From Camelus dromedarius (Eukaryota): a DNA stretch of 64,000 nucleotides. This document shows positions 40,600 through 53,800 of this stretch, one piece after another (position 1 is the first letter of the stretch; every line of letters begins with the position of its first letter). The notes below the pieces were generated by a model. That model was given only the letters and a program-made list of their open reading frames with translations. It was not told where the DNA came from and ran no database searches. The stretch covers positions 50,718,001 to 50,782,000 of the forward strand of contig NC_087436.1 of NCBI RefSeq assembly GCF_036321535.1, written 5' to 3'. A program made the translations under genes and the position numbers.

Positions 40600-42950
40600 T
40601 TGTATACGCACGTTTAATTTATATAATTTGAAAATGGATATCATACATGGAATTTATAATTTTTTTGTTTGCTTACTCTTTTCTCTCTCCTTTTCCTCTG
40701 CTTCCTACCCAAATTCTGATCTTTACTCTGCCTACCATCTCCAGACAAATGATGTCATCCCCATTAGAATATATCATCAACAGTTTTCTTCATGTTCATA
40801 AAATCATATACATACACACATACACTACCCAAAATAAGAATATATAAAACATATATATACACACACACACACATACAAGCGCACAGTTAGGATTAATCAT
40901 GCCATACTGCATCTTGTTTTTTTTCACTACTGCATAGAAATACTTAGTCAACTAATATATGTGTATTTTCCATTAAGATCAATGTTGCAATAAATGTATA
41001 TATGTGTGTGCATACATGCTGATTCTATTTCTATAGGATTACTATGATAAAGAATATATTTTTTCCCAGATGTTCCCAAATTATTTTCCAAAAAGACTGT
41101 AATAATCTGTATTTTTTCTTTACCACCAGCATATGAGAGAACTTGGTTCCAGCCTCCAAAATCCCCACCAGTGATAGGTATAGCTCTTCTTGATATGTGA
41201 CTGTCTCATGGGGTACAAAGTAACAGCCCTCTACTGCTTAATTTGTATTTCCCTGGTTACTAGTGAGTTTTATACATTTTGGTCATTTGGATTTTCTCTT
41301 CTGTGGTTATGTCTTTATATTATTTGCCCATGTTTTTGTTTGCCTTTTCCTTGCCCATTTGTAAGTGCTCATCTAGTGCATGGTATCATTACACATTACA
41401 TATAATATGGAGTAGTATAAATATTAACTCTTTGTCTGTAACCCACATGGCAATTTCCCCTGTTTATTACATATTATTGATAGACTTTATTTTTTTGTCA
41501 CAAAAAAATTGTTAATTTTTATCACATAGTTTTCCCTGTCTTTAGTCTTCTATTTTCTTTTCTTCCCCCTATCCCAACTCTCTTTCTAAAATAATAAAAA
41601 ATAATTTAAAAAATAATTTTAATCAAAGTCTTTAGTGAAAATTGGGAATCCAATTTTGTTTTCCCTTTGAATTAAAACATGACATTTGTCACACATTAAA
41701 TTTTCATCTCAATTCTTTTCTGTCAGTCTTCTTTATTCTTATTTAATGCAGTTATTTTTATCATATTGACTTGATTCCAAGGGCTTTATAGTATGTGCTG
41801 ATACCTGGTGAGTAAAAGTAAAGTTCTTCTCATTTTTGTTTGTTTGTTTGATCTTAAGAAAATTTAATCCAATTTTAAAAGACTCTTGTGATTCTAATAT
41901 GAGTTTTATTGAATTTATTAATTTAAGAGATTTATATTTTTACAATAGTATTGTTTCATATGTTTAAATCTTGTTCAATCACTTTTAGTGACATTTTCAT
42001 AGATTGTTTCTTTTTTCTTATAGGTCTTATACCCTTCTTGGCAAATTTATTCTTTTTATTTTTCCTATTGTGAATGAAATATTTCTCCCATTAGACTTCA
42101 AGGTGCTTATTGCTATTAAGTTTTGTATATTAATCTTGTTTCCAAATACCTTACTAAAATCCCTCTTTGTTTTTCCTAATCTCTGTGGTTTCCTAGGAAT
42201 ATAATCATATCGACACTGGATCCTCCAAGATAATCTTTAGTAATAATGGCAGTAGCCATTCCCACTAGTTCCTGATTTTGATTAAAACAGCTTATGATTT
42301 TAAATACTTGTAAGCTTTTCATAAATAATCTTCATTGTGTTTAAATAGTTTCCTTCAATTTCTATTTTACTCAAGAATCATTAGGAATGTCTACTGAATC
42401 TTAATAGCCCTTTTAGCATCTATTGATATGATCATGTTTTCTTTAATTCATTTGTGTAACTGATTGTGTTAATAGATTTACTGAAATTAAAACACTCTTC
42501 AATTCCTGAAATACGATCCTCTTTGCCATAGTGATTAACCTTTTTTTTTTTTTTTTTTGGTATAGCGCTAAATTTTTATTTAGAATTTTCATCCATATGT
42601 ATAAATGATATTGATCATGGTTTTTTTCTTGTTTTTTGTCTTGTTTATCAGGTTTTTATATTAATGTTATACTAGCTATATGAGTTAGGGAGTTTTTACT
42701 TTTTTAAAAAAATTGGGATACTTTAAATCACATTGAAATCATCTTTCATGTCACCCTAGTACTTTTAAAACTATGGATTTTTTAAAAAATCACTTTTTCT
42801 ACTCCTATCTGATAATTGGGCTATTAACATTTTAAACTTTGTCTTGGATCACTTTTGATCATTTGTTTTTCTAGGAAATTAGCCATTTCCTCTAGATTTT
42901 CCATTGTGTTGCTACACAGTTGCATGCAGAATTTTAAAGTGAACATCTTT
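40600..42950 (-). mobile_element. Old L1M ORF2/3' fragments
   Basis: T-rich antisense L1-like sequence (ttagcatctattgatatgatcatg, atttcctctagattttcc). Confidence 0.65.
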
Positions 42951-43799
42951 CTATCTTCATCTTACTTAATTTCTTGGCATCATTTAACATAGTTGAAGAC
43001 TGTACTTCTATCTTAAATTTATTGATTAGATGTTCTTGATTCATATCTTTAGTGTGATAATGCAGAGGACTGTATGATGGGTACTAATGGAAAATTACAG
43101 GAAATATGAAAATTTAGTGAATTGTTTGTTGACATTTTTTTCTCACTTACAGGGTTCATCTCTATAATTATGCAATTTGCTACCCTTTTCCCCTTTTATA
43201 TTATTTTGGAAAATTACAGCTTTATAGTAGACAGCAGTAATTTGTAAATACTGTGGCTGATCTATTTGACAACAGTGTTCTAAGAGAATGGAGTCACAGA
43301 TACACTTTTTGTAAAGCCAAGAATCAAGCATTTAAACCAAAGGGAAGTTAGTGACATCATCTCTGACTGAAAGACACAGATACACCTCTCTGAACAGATT
43401 TTTCTGTGTCCTTCAAGACCATAATGTAAAATTACACAATACGATTGCTAATAATTAATATGAATTGTCTACTTTCTATATTAAAATAATACTTACTACA
43501 ACATGACTCGATTAAACTGGGATTTCTGCAAAAGATAATAGATGACTCCCTGAACATAAAGTGAGCCTCCAGAAAGACTGTTACGACAAACTGAAGCATA
43601 ACCTCAGATGCAGCAGCACAGCTAAAACAGGACAGCTCAGAGAGTCTCCTCCAAGCCCACCTCTGGTGCCAGGGGACTGCATGGCCAGCAAGGCAGTGAG
43701 GCAGTCACAGAACTACAGCTGAATGGTTTTTAAACATGACTCGTAACCCTCCCTAAGGTAGAAGAGGCCATCTAACTTGATTTATGTGGTTTAAATCAC

Positions 43800-46700
43800 T
43801 GTTCCTTTATTTAGCTTCCTCCTATTTTAACAAATTAAATTATGCAGTGAATTACTGTCATTAAACTCGAAAAATATTTCCACTGAATGAAAAACTTCCT
43901 ATGATAAGCCTCCAAATATCAAGGAATGAGTCATAGTGTTTTCTGCATAAACTTTCCACCTGGATATACACTTTAAACATTAAGCTTTTAACAATAATGT
44001 GGAAATTGGTATCACCAAGTGCAACAGAATATCCTACCTTCTTAAATACCATGTACTACTTATCTTGATTCAAATTCATTCAACATCATTTATGTAACTT
44101 GATCACAGTGATGCTCTCAGGGACTGTAGTGTGTAGGATCCTGTATTAAAGGGTCTCAAGCGGCTAGGCTTTTAGTGTTCATATAAATTTTCTGATTCCC
44201 TCCCCTGCTGTCAGCTGTCACACTTTATTGTTTACCTGTCTCTAGCAGGACCCTGTCGATGCCGATACTTATGATTTGTTCAGAAACAGAAATCAGATAA
44301 CCAAACTTGTTAGAATTAGGTGTGAAGAGTAAGTAGACACTGAAGATGGGGATCTGAGCGCACTCACTTCTAAATAAAGTCGAGTATTAGTGACAACTCC
44401 CCTGGCCTTCTCCAGGTTGGTGATGCTGCCACAACTGAATTCTAAACAGGTAAAGTGCAGCTAGATGTTTCTGCTAAGTAGTAAATAAAATATTCACCTT
44501 AATTTAAGAACTCATTAAAACCTTTAAAACTCTTTGCAGAGGAAGAGTCTAATAGCACGTTTCTAATGAAGAGTGTAGGATCACAGTAAGAAAGGTGGAA
44601 CTATATACATCAGCAGCTGGCTTAATTAGCTTCCCATAAACTTATTAACAAATTAGGTTACAAAATACAAAAGCAATTTAATGAGTCATCATATGAGACA
44701 CTGAACTCAAAGCTGAACTATAACATGCTTTTCAAAATACAACTTAATTACCCATATGAATGAATCACTAATATTTCAAGACTGCTCAACAGTTTTGGAT
44801 ACCTATTTATGTAATGGTTGTGCTCAACTGCTGAGTCAAGCAATGAGTAAGTGCCCTGGTTAGGGAGAAGCAGTCTTCAAAAACACCATGTGACAGTAAC
44901 AATAGAGATGTTTCTCGAAGGTTCTAGAAATCCAAGATACATATTTCAAGAGCCAAGTTATCTTCTGTTTTATCAGTTCAGATGCAGCTAGATTTCTATT
45001 AGATGTCATTTTTTTAAGGCAGACATGATAGAATTCTGTGAATTTATAAGAGGAAGTAACAGCAACTGGTAATAATGCTTATGTAAAGGGGTTATTAAAA
45101 TAACAGCTTGCTACAGCCCAAGGCTGCTGAAAAATTTGCACAGATGGGAAAATACTTGGGCACAACGCTTTAACAAATTTTAACAACTGAAAATGTGGGG
45201 AGAAAAAACTTTATTCTGAGAGTATAACCTTCTTACTTTTGAGGTGTTAAAATTACCTTTTATGAGATGATAGTTTTCAATTTTGTAAATGTTCTTACAC
45301 TTAACAAATTTTAACATTGATAATTTCACTTTAGTTTCCACATTTGGGGGAAATTTTACCTTCTCCTGTAAAATGTAAGAATAGGAACCACTAGAACATG
45401 TATAAAACCATGCTGCTGTGATTTGCAGTGAAATGCTTTTAAAGAAAAGTATTTTATGACCACAGACCAGGATATTCAAACTTCTGGTGAGAAAGGTTTT
45501 TCCCCAGAGCCAAAGTGAGAGCAATATTATATTTCTCCCTACTCACAGGTGAGGAGAGAAGAGAGAAGTAACAATTTTAGACATATACCTTGTAAAACTT
45601 CTCAAAACCACACCTACATTTCTAACCCTAAAATTAAAATTCCTACTATTGTTCAAGAGAAAATCAAGATCACGTAATTGAAGCTAATGACATTACATGT
45701 AATAAACTAAAAATCCAGGTACCATGCTTAGTGTGGTGTCTGGTACTTAGCTTTGATGATTATTGGAAGAAGAATTAAATATGTCTGTCTCCCAAACCTT
45801 CTTCACATATAAAGAAGGCAGAGGGAACTGACTGCAATGTACCTTTAATAGACAGACTGAATGACAGCTATTACTATAAGAATTGTAATATAAGATGAAA
45901 ACTAAACAGACTCTTGGGCTAAAAAATTACAAAAGTTCTAAAGATTCTCCAGTAATTTTATTTTTCAAACCTTTTGTAATAAAGAGGATTAAAACGTTCA
46001 TATTGACACAGCTTTGAACACTGAACTATTATCATTTTAATGTAAATTCGGATATACTTTATTCCTAATTGACCTTCAAACTGTAGCAGCTCATGAGTTT
46101 GTTTAGCCATAAGTGTTCTTGCCACCCCGCCCCACCTTGTCACTGAGTCAGATGGCTCAAGATACATATACACAACACACGTAAACAGACACAAACAAGC
46201 CTTTTATGAAGTAAACAAATCTTTTATAAAGTAAATAATTGTTCCTTGTTGGAACTTTTTATACCCAGTTCCCCATCTTTTCTGAAATTTGGATATTCAT
46301 ATTTATAGGCAACAATATTTATAAAGTAAAGAGTTTCTCTTTGAAAACTCAAGCAATTCTTGACAGCAAGATTTTTCTTATTGATCTAAAAAGAATGGAA
46401 TATGGAATTCCCAAAAGGGGAAAAAAAAAATCACTTCAAATGACCAAAACAGAAGAGCACTAAAAAATAATACATTTAACAGTGTAGGGAGAAAATACTA
46501 AAATATAGAGTCTGTTGAAAATATTGATGTTCAAAGAAACAGCTTTGGACTCACTGCCAAAAACTTAGATTTTTCTCAATTAATGAAAAGCAAAAGTGTT
46601 AGTTTTATTATAGGAAGATATATTCTTTGAAGTCAGAATGAAAGAGTTGTTCAATTTGCTTTCTATATAAATGAATATACAAAGTATCAAATATAAACAG

Positions 46701-46855
46701 TAGTGTAGCAAGAAAATAAATTGGCAGAAATAATTATTCAACCAGTAGCAATAATAAAAACCACCATCTGAAAGATCTTCTACACACAAAGAATGAAAAA
46801 ATATTGTCATAAGATTTTACAGCACACAACTCAATTCCACCCTACTTCACTACTA
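43800..46855 (-). other. CISD2: Probable long CISD2 3' UTR with several candidate poly(A) signals
   Basis: repeat-poor AT-rich sequence after the stop; minus-strand AATAAA at 46058-46063, 45957-45962, 45210-45215, 44224-44229, 43806-43811; true end not determinable. Confidence 0.55.
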
Positions 46856-46945
46856 TTATACTTCTTTCTTCTTCAGTATTAGTGGGCCCACATTATCTCC
46901 TGTCAATTCATTGTGTTTATTGTGTGAACCATCACAGGCAGGAAA
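46856..46945 (-). CDS. CISD2: CISD2 exon 3 coding part, FPACDGSHNKHNELTGDNVGPLILKKKEV*
   Basis: strong pyrimidine tract + ctag| acceptor; CDGSH motif; KKxx ER-retrieval end; total CDS 103+215+90=408 nt (135 aa). Confidence 0.97.
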   Translation of the reverse strand, partial: FPACDGSHNKHNELTGDNVGPLILKKKEV

Positions 46946-48289
46946 CTAGAAAGGAAAAAAAAATTACAATTGTTATTTTTAAAATGATTCAGTAAGTAGA
47001 AAGATTTGTGTAATGCTCTTACAAAGAAACTCCATTAACTTTAAGGGGAAAAAACATATCAGATAGCTTTCCTGAGTAACAGATGTACTCCACATCTAAC
47101 CTAACTACATTCCAATACTACAGCAAATCTAACAAGTTTAGTTAATTTGTCACTTGGTAGATTTTAAATAAAAAGCTCTGGATGATTCCATCTAAGTCAA
47201 TATAACAGTCTTCAAAGGGAGTCAAAATAAGCTGTTACTCTCTATAGAGCTGTAAATTTGAGCTCATCGCTTCACTTATTTTAAATTTAAAAAGAATGTA
47301 ATTTAAATGCAAAATAAATTATTTCATAATGTTTTCTTACTATAAAACTCATGCATACTCTAACATTTCTTTAAAAATTTAAATATATTTTTAAAAACTT
47401 ACTCATAGGTAACAATAATCAACATTTTGGTATATCTTTCCTTCTGTACTTACTTTGTGTATTCTTTTTTTAAGCAAAATTGGGATCAAACTGTAATATG
47501 CTTCTTGTTTATATTACATCATGCTCCCATGTTATTATATATTCTTTAAAAAACGTGATTTTTCATAGCTTCCTTATATCCCATCATTTGTATTATACCA
47601 CACTTTAATCATTCCCCTATTATCAGATATCTAGATTGTTTCTAAAATTTTATTACAAAGGATGCTGTGATGAACATAATTGTACTTAAAACCTCAAACA
47701 GGCAATGCTCAAAGTAGAAGAAAACAGATCTCATCAATGACTTATAATACCCATCACTCCAAATTCTTCTTAACTTCCACAATAAAAATCATCCATAATT
47801 ACACCTGCCATTTACTAGCTCATACTATATATAAGGCGCTGTGCACATATCATCTCACTAAATCCTCAGAAACATGGTATTGATTTATTATCAGATTTTA
47901 AAAAACCCCTGATGATCAGAGATTAAAGACTAAGTCATATACTGTTAAGTGGCTGACATCAGATTTGAAGAGTTTATTCTAACTCCAAAGCTTAAGCTCT
48001 TTTCCACTAAGCCTTATGTTCTCTCAAAACATAAGTGTTTTAAACTACATGTTACTCTAGCTAACTGCTGAACACAGTGAAAATAGATTTCTATCCTTCC
48101 ATGCTGCTGTAACTTTCCTAATGTAGGAAGTTTATTGATTATAAGAGGTGAACTTTAAGAATACAGACTTTCAGTGATGAATACTATGGAAAAATCTCTC
48201 ATCTCACGGAATCATAAAACTGAGGATTTAAGAAGCAAAACAAGCCTAACTGCACAAAATTTCAGCATATGTGTAAATAGACATCTTAC

Positions 48290-48504
48290 CGTCTTAGAAC
48301 GCCAACACCTACAATAAGCTGCTTTAGTAAGACACAAATCTTCAATGTTTATTTCATTCACCACTTTGGGATTTTCCTTTTGTATTTTAAGATTAATCAA
48401 GCTATCCTTCTGTTGCCTTTTCTTCGGGAGGAACGGACGAACTGCAAGGTAGCCAAGTAGCGCGAGCACACCAAGGAAAGGCAATAACCGAAGCCATTCT
48501 GAAA
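48290..48504 (-). CDS. CISD2: CISD2 exon 2, (V)SEWLRLLPFLGVLALLGYLAVRPFLPKKRQQKDSLINLKIQKENPKVVNEINIEDLCLTKAAYCRCWRSKT
   Basis: tttag| acceptor, ACG|gtaaga donor, 215 nt; TM helix and first half of the CDGSH domain. Confidence 0.97.
48392..48460 (+). other. SLC9B1: Candidate alternative terminal exon of SLC9B1, antisense inside CISD2 exon 2 (INQAILLLPFLREERTNCKVAK*)
   Basis: ttttccttttgtattttaag| acceptor, phase 0 compatible with the donor at 28050; peptide resembles the recalled human isoform-2 tail; use in this species unproven. Confidence 0.5.
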
Positions 48505-50101
48505 CTAAACATGCACAGATTTGTTAGAATCTGTGTGCTCCTGTAACAGAACTCAAATAGCATGTCTCATCCTTGAGCTTATCTTTATCTATTCTTTATT
48601 TCTCATCTTAAGGTCTTAACTATTTATCTGTAAAACTGTGAATAATTAACGATCAAGACACCTATACCCAGGACCACCTTGTTTTATTTGTGGGCTAACT
48701 TGAGACTTTTGAAACTAAAAAACCTAATTTTCAGAAATAGGTCTTCTATCAAATATGCTAATTATCCTCACTAAATATATTTGTGTTTATCTTTAATTCA
48801 GGAATTATGCTCACCATTAATTATAAACAAAATTCAATGTGTGATATATTTTATAGGTTTAAAAAACATTTCCACCATGTCTAAAATCATACAATCGAAT
48901 ATCCATGGTTTACCACTGGTTTATAATTTATGACAGAACATGTCTTCAATGCTTTAATTTACATTTTTGGTAAGGTATAGTTTTTTCTTTTAAGGCACAG
49001 TAATTTCTGAAGAAACACCTAAATGTTGTGTAAAACTACTATTTTAAAGAGCTAACTGAAATTTTCACATACGTTCTATTCGATACATGTTTTCTTCCAT
49101 AAGAGTTCATTAAAGCTTTCTGTAGTACTCAACACTGTCTTAGAGGGATAGGGAATGTAAGTAATATAAATGAAACACCAGGAAGCCAAGATAAATATTT
49201 CAGTATGCACTTATCAAATGCTAGTTAGCGCCCGGCCTCTGCTAGGCTCCGGAGGGAATCCTTTCAGTCCTTCAGGAGTTACCACTTGATGTCCTTCAGT
49301 AAGTGCTAACTTGGTAACTTGCTAATAAGCACTATATAGAAATAGCTTAGTGGAGAAAGAGAAAACTTGAAGGTCACGTGCTAAGGCATGCTAATAAATG
49401 TTAATGGCAAATGAACAGACCAAGCTAAGAGTGTCACTGTATTACCTCATTTAATACTGTGTTGGCTTAAACAACTGCATTTGTTAGGCAGCATTAATAT
49501 TCCCACTTTTCATGTGGGTAAACTGGAGCTTAAGCAGGTTTAGTCCAGGACAGTAAGTCCAAAGTCTGTTTTTAATCACCATCAATCAAATTCAACAGAT
49601 CTAAAATTTTATCTGTTCTTCTGTTGGTAAAACTACTCTCTAGAGATAACTGTTCTTCTTGGTTAACTATTGAAAGAAAGACTAGCTTAACACTAACTCT
49701 TCCAAAATGAAACTTTTCACTACAACACCACGCCAAAGGTTTGTTATGAGTTCTAGACAAAACAACCTATTTACATATGTATAGCTCTTATAAGAGTGCC
49801 TGGCACAGAGACGATGTATGATAAATGGTAGCTTTGATTAAGAAATTACAAAGATTGGTAGCAAATTCTCTGAAAAAAAATATTTTGCCAATTCAACCTG
49901 ACAATGCTATATGGCAGAAATCTTTGGGGACAATCTTTTAGTCACCAAATGAAACTCTGTAAGGATAAGATGTTGCAGTCAGGCTGGCTGTTCTATTCTC
50001 ATAACTGAAGTGGAGACACTCCACATAAATCCTTTGAATGAATTAAAGTTCCAGAAATGACAAAGAACTTTTTCTTGGTGGGGAGGGGTCTATCTAGAGT
50101 T

Positions 50102-50831
50102 CTGTGCTGTCCAATATAGTAGCCACTAGCCACAGTTTTGATTTTATTTTAATCAGGTATGGTAAGATGACAGACATGGAGACAACTGCCTTGAAAGGAA
50201 AGTTTACTTACAATTCCCAAGAGGAAGGCACACACCATGACACACAGGACCACAACGGAAGTACAAGGATTTGTCAGAAGGAAGGTGAGAGGAAAGGGCA
50301 CAAGCGTTTATTGTGGTTTCTATGGAAAAGGCAAGTTAGGGTAAACTGTTTAGGATTGACTAGGTTGAATAATTTCAGTGGGCTCTGGGCTGTAGGGCTG
50401 GTCCCTAGTTGTCTCAGATCTGGCCCTGGGGTGACTTAGGGCAGGGGAAAAACTGGCATGGTAAGTGAGAGTTAGGGAGAGGAGGTAATTGGAGTGTAGG
50501 CTTTGGATTGGTTGCTTGCATATGAAAGGTATGCTCACAGGCAAGTAGTTTATTATCTCTACGAATTAGCTAGTCCTGGGAGGGGGCAGGTTCTCCCTGG
50601 CCAGCAAAGACCCCAAGATGTCCAAACATCACAAAACATAGAAAATAAAAAACCTGATTAATGCATATGTGTGGCTATTTAAATAAATTAAAATTAAGTA
50701 AAATTCAAAATTCAGTTTCTAAGACACAGTCATATTTCAGCAGCTCAAGAGCCAGGTGTGGCTAGTGGTTACCATTATTTGACAGCACAGAAAACATTTC
50801 TTCATCACAGAAAGGTTTCTGGATGGTGCTG
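50102..50831. mobile_element. MER3-like DNA transposon split by an LTR (about 50135-50666)
   Basis: gtgctgtccaatatagtagccactagccaca resumes as tgtggctattt...tgtggctagtgg after the insert. Confidence 0.75.
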
Positions 50832-53800
50832 CCATAGACCACTGTTTCTGTAAAGACCAATGTTTCTATAAAGTATGACACAGCAAGACTACTTTGACAG
50901 CTTCAATTCCCACAAACATCCCATTCCTCGTGTACCTAAAGCTGGCCAAAGCTACTTATTACTTGGTGGAAGGTTTCCTGTGTTCTTTGCATAAGGAATT
51001 CCTTCTGTCTGCCATGCCTTTCTACCTGTGGTCTATCAGACCCATTTACGTGGACCCTTTAAAAGTAGGGTCAAACACTGCCTCCTCCATAAGTCTGCCT
51101 TGATTTCACAAAGCAAAATTAATCACTCCCTCCTTTACTTCCAAGCCCCTTTCCCTCAGTTTCTTTTATTATACCACTGTTACCTGTTTATAAAGCTGAT
51201 TCTTCCATAAGCCTGCATGTATGAAAAGGAGCTGTGTACTACTCTTCTGGCACAAAGCAGATACCTCATAAATGTTTAATGAGTAACGTAATGAATGAAC
51301 GAATGTAGAGCATAAATGTCAGTCCCCTTCTCACTCACCATATTGTACTGTAATTACTTATTTACACATATCTCTAGATCAGGCAATCAATATCTCAGAC
51401 TGTTACTGGCCCCAGCATCCAGTATAGTATCTCAAAACACTAGTTATTCAATAAACGTTTGTTGAATGTAGAATAACATTAAGTATTTCTTGGTATATTA
51501 CAAAATTTACAAACTTAAAAAGTAACAAGAGGTTAAGTGACTCAAAGTCAAAAAGTAAATGAATAAGAATGTAAAGATGAAAAACCTTAACTTAGATTCT
51601 TAAGTTTAGCATTTCCTATCTTAACTCACAAATTTCAAGAAATAAATGGTGTTAACATGGTTTTAAAAATCTACTTCAGAAAATATTCTTCTAATATTTA
51701 ATTCCTTCGCAAAATACTACTCTGTAGTAATACAGTGATGAAAGTACTATTATTTCTTACAATAAAGTAATAATTTATGCAAGTCTTATTCAGTAAAGCC
51801 TATTTTTTAAAAGATGACAAACTTCAATTTAACTACAGAAAAGATTTATAAAGGAAAATAATACAGCCTATAAAGCTCAATTAAATCATTTTATGTATAT
51901 TTATTAGGGCTGATTTTTGGTAGAGAAATATGAAGTACAGAAAAACCAAACAAGAAATTTAAAGAAGAACTTTAAGATTGGCTATTTTCTATGAACCTGT
52001 CTGATATATGTTGAGCTACTGCAGATATATTAGCTACTGTGAAGGGAAATCTATTACCTACTAATTATTAGGTATAATGTGGATTTTGTGCAGTATATTT
52101 TAAAATTCTTTTAGGATTATCAGAAATTGCATTTATTTTACAAAATTTAGAAAAGTATAAAAAATAAAATAACTTTTAATCAGTCAAGGGTTGGGAACAT
52201 TCTGTTGTATTTCGTTTCCTATTCAAAAGGTTGCATATAATGATACCATAAAAATAATACTGGCAACTTGGTTGCTGATACTTTCATAACATTTTCTTAC
52301 GTGTCATTTATGGGTAAAACATATAAATGAATTTCTTTCTAAACTTTAGAAGGATGAAAGTAAAATATTTTCAATGAATGGCTTTACTATTACCACTTAA
52401 AACCTAATACAGACTATTAAGGACTAAACGGCCAATAAAATGAAATTAACAATCAATTTAAAAATCTTTTTTCCACTCAGTACCATAAATAGAACTGTGT
52501 CCCAGTATCTAGAACATTGCCTGGCCCATAGTAAGTGCTCAGTAAATCTTTGATGACTTGAGGAATTCTAAATTGCAAAGTAGTTACATGGATGAAGATG
52601 TTTCAATGACACCAAAGTTGTTCTCCACAAAGGCTAGTATAATCTTTAATTACACTGACTTTTAAAAATAGTTGGCCTAGCTAGGAAGAGGGGGGAAAAA
52701 ACTTCCACAGTTTATAGTAACTATGTAAATATTTTCCCAAATTCTCAAAAATAAAAGTTTTCTAAAATAAAATTCTTCAATCTTTCAGAAATAACCTTTA
52801 TTATTTACATGTTAATAAATGCAACTCTAGTTTGAACTTGATCTTAGGTATTTAGCTGAGTTGTGACAAATATACTCCTGGGAGCCTTCACTGAAAATGT
52901 ATAAAAATATGTAAAATATCTCCATCACCTCAGAAAATATTCTGCCCTCTTCTACCCTATCTCCCCACCACTGATTCTTATAATCAGAGATTCTTTCACT
53001 CAGTATAACATTTTTGAGATTCATCCGGTGGATCAGTAATTCATTCCTTTTTATTACTAACCAGTATTCCACTCTATGAATATACCATACTTTGTTTATC
53101 CACTCTCATATTGGTAGGTACCTGGGATGTTTCCAGTTTGGGATTATTATAAATAAGGCTGTTAAATAACATGCTTGTGTAAGTCTTTTTGTGGATAGTT
53201 TTCAGCTCTGTTCAACTTCTAAACACTTTGTTCAAAACTGGTCCTTTCTGGAGCTAATGCCCTTGAAGATGTTAGCTCTGACATGTCTGTGTTACTCTGG
53301 GAAAAATATTATTATAGTCTTAGGATTCACTGCCTTGTCTTAGGAGTAAAACCATTATGTTTCAAAGAAGCTAACTAGTTCAAGTGGGGAAGAACTACTA
53401 TATTCAAAGTTTCAGAGATAGCTTTTAAATCTAGAAGTAAACTGTTTCCTGACTTTTGAATGGGGAGATTTTTTTTGGTTGTTCCCGTATTTAAAAAGTT
53501 TATATGACAGGGAAAGCCTTTTTAAAGGTCAAAGTATTTGAATACACTATACTTTCAAAAGGTAGAATTACACTAATTTACCTTAAAAGCCTCACTCTTA
53601 AAAATGTGACCTAAACAAAGATAGATATGTTGTTTTGATAGGTAAAGGCTGCCTATAAATACTGTATGGTAATTAAGGATCTCCAGGTGTTTACTAAGAA
53701 TGCAGAGTCATCATGAGAGAGTCAGTTGTTTAAAAAAAAAAAAAACTACTGGATCTAAAAAGGGAAGGAAAAACAGTCAAGAACAAGGTAAACTGTAACT

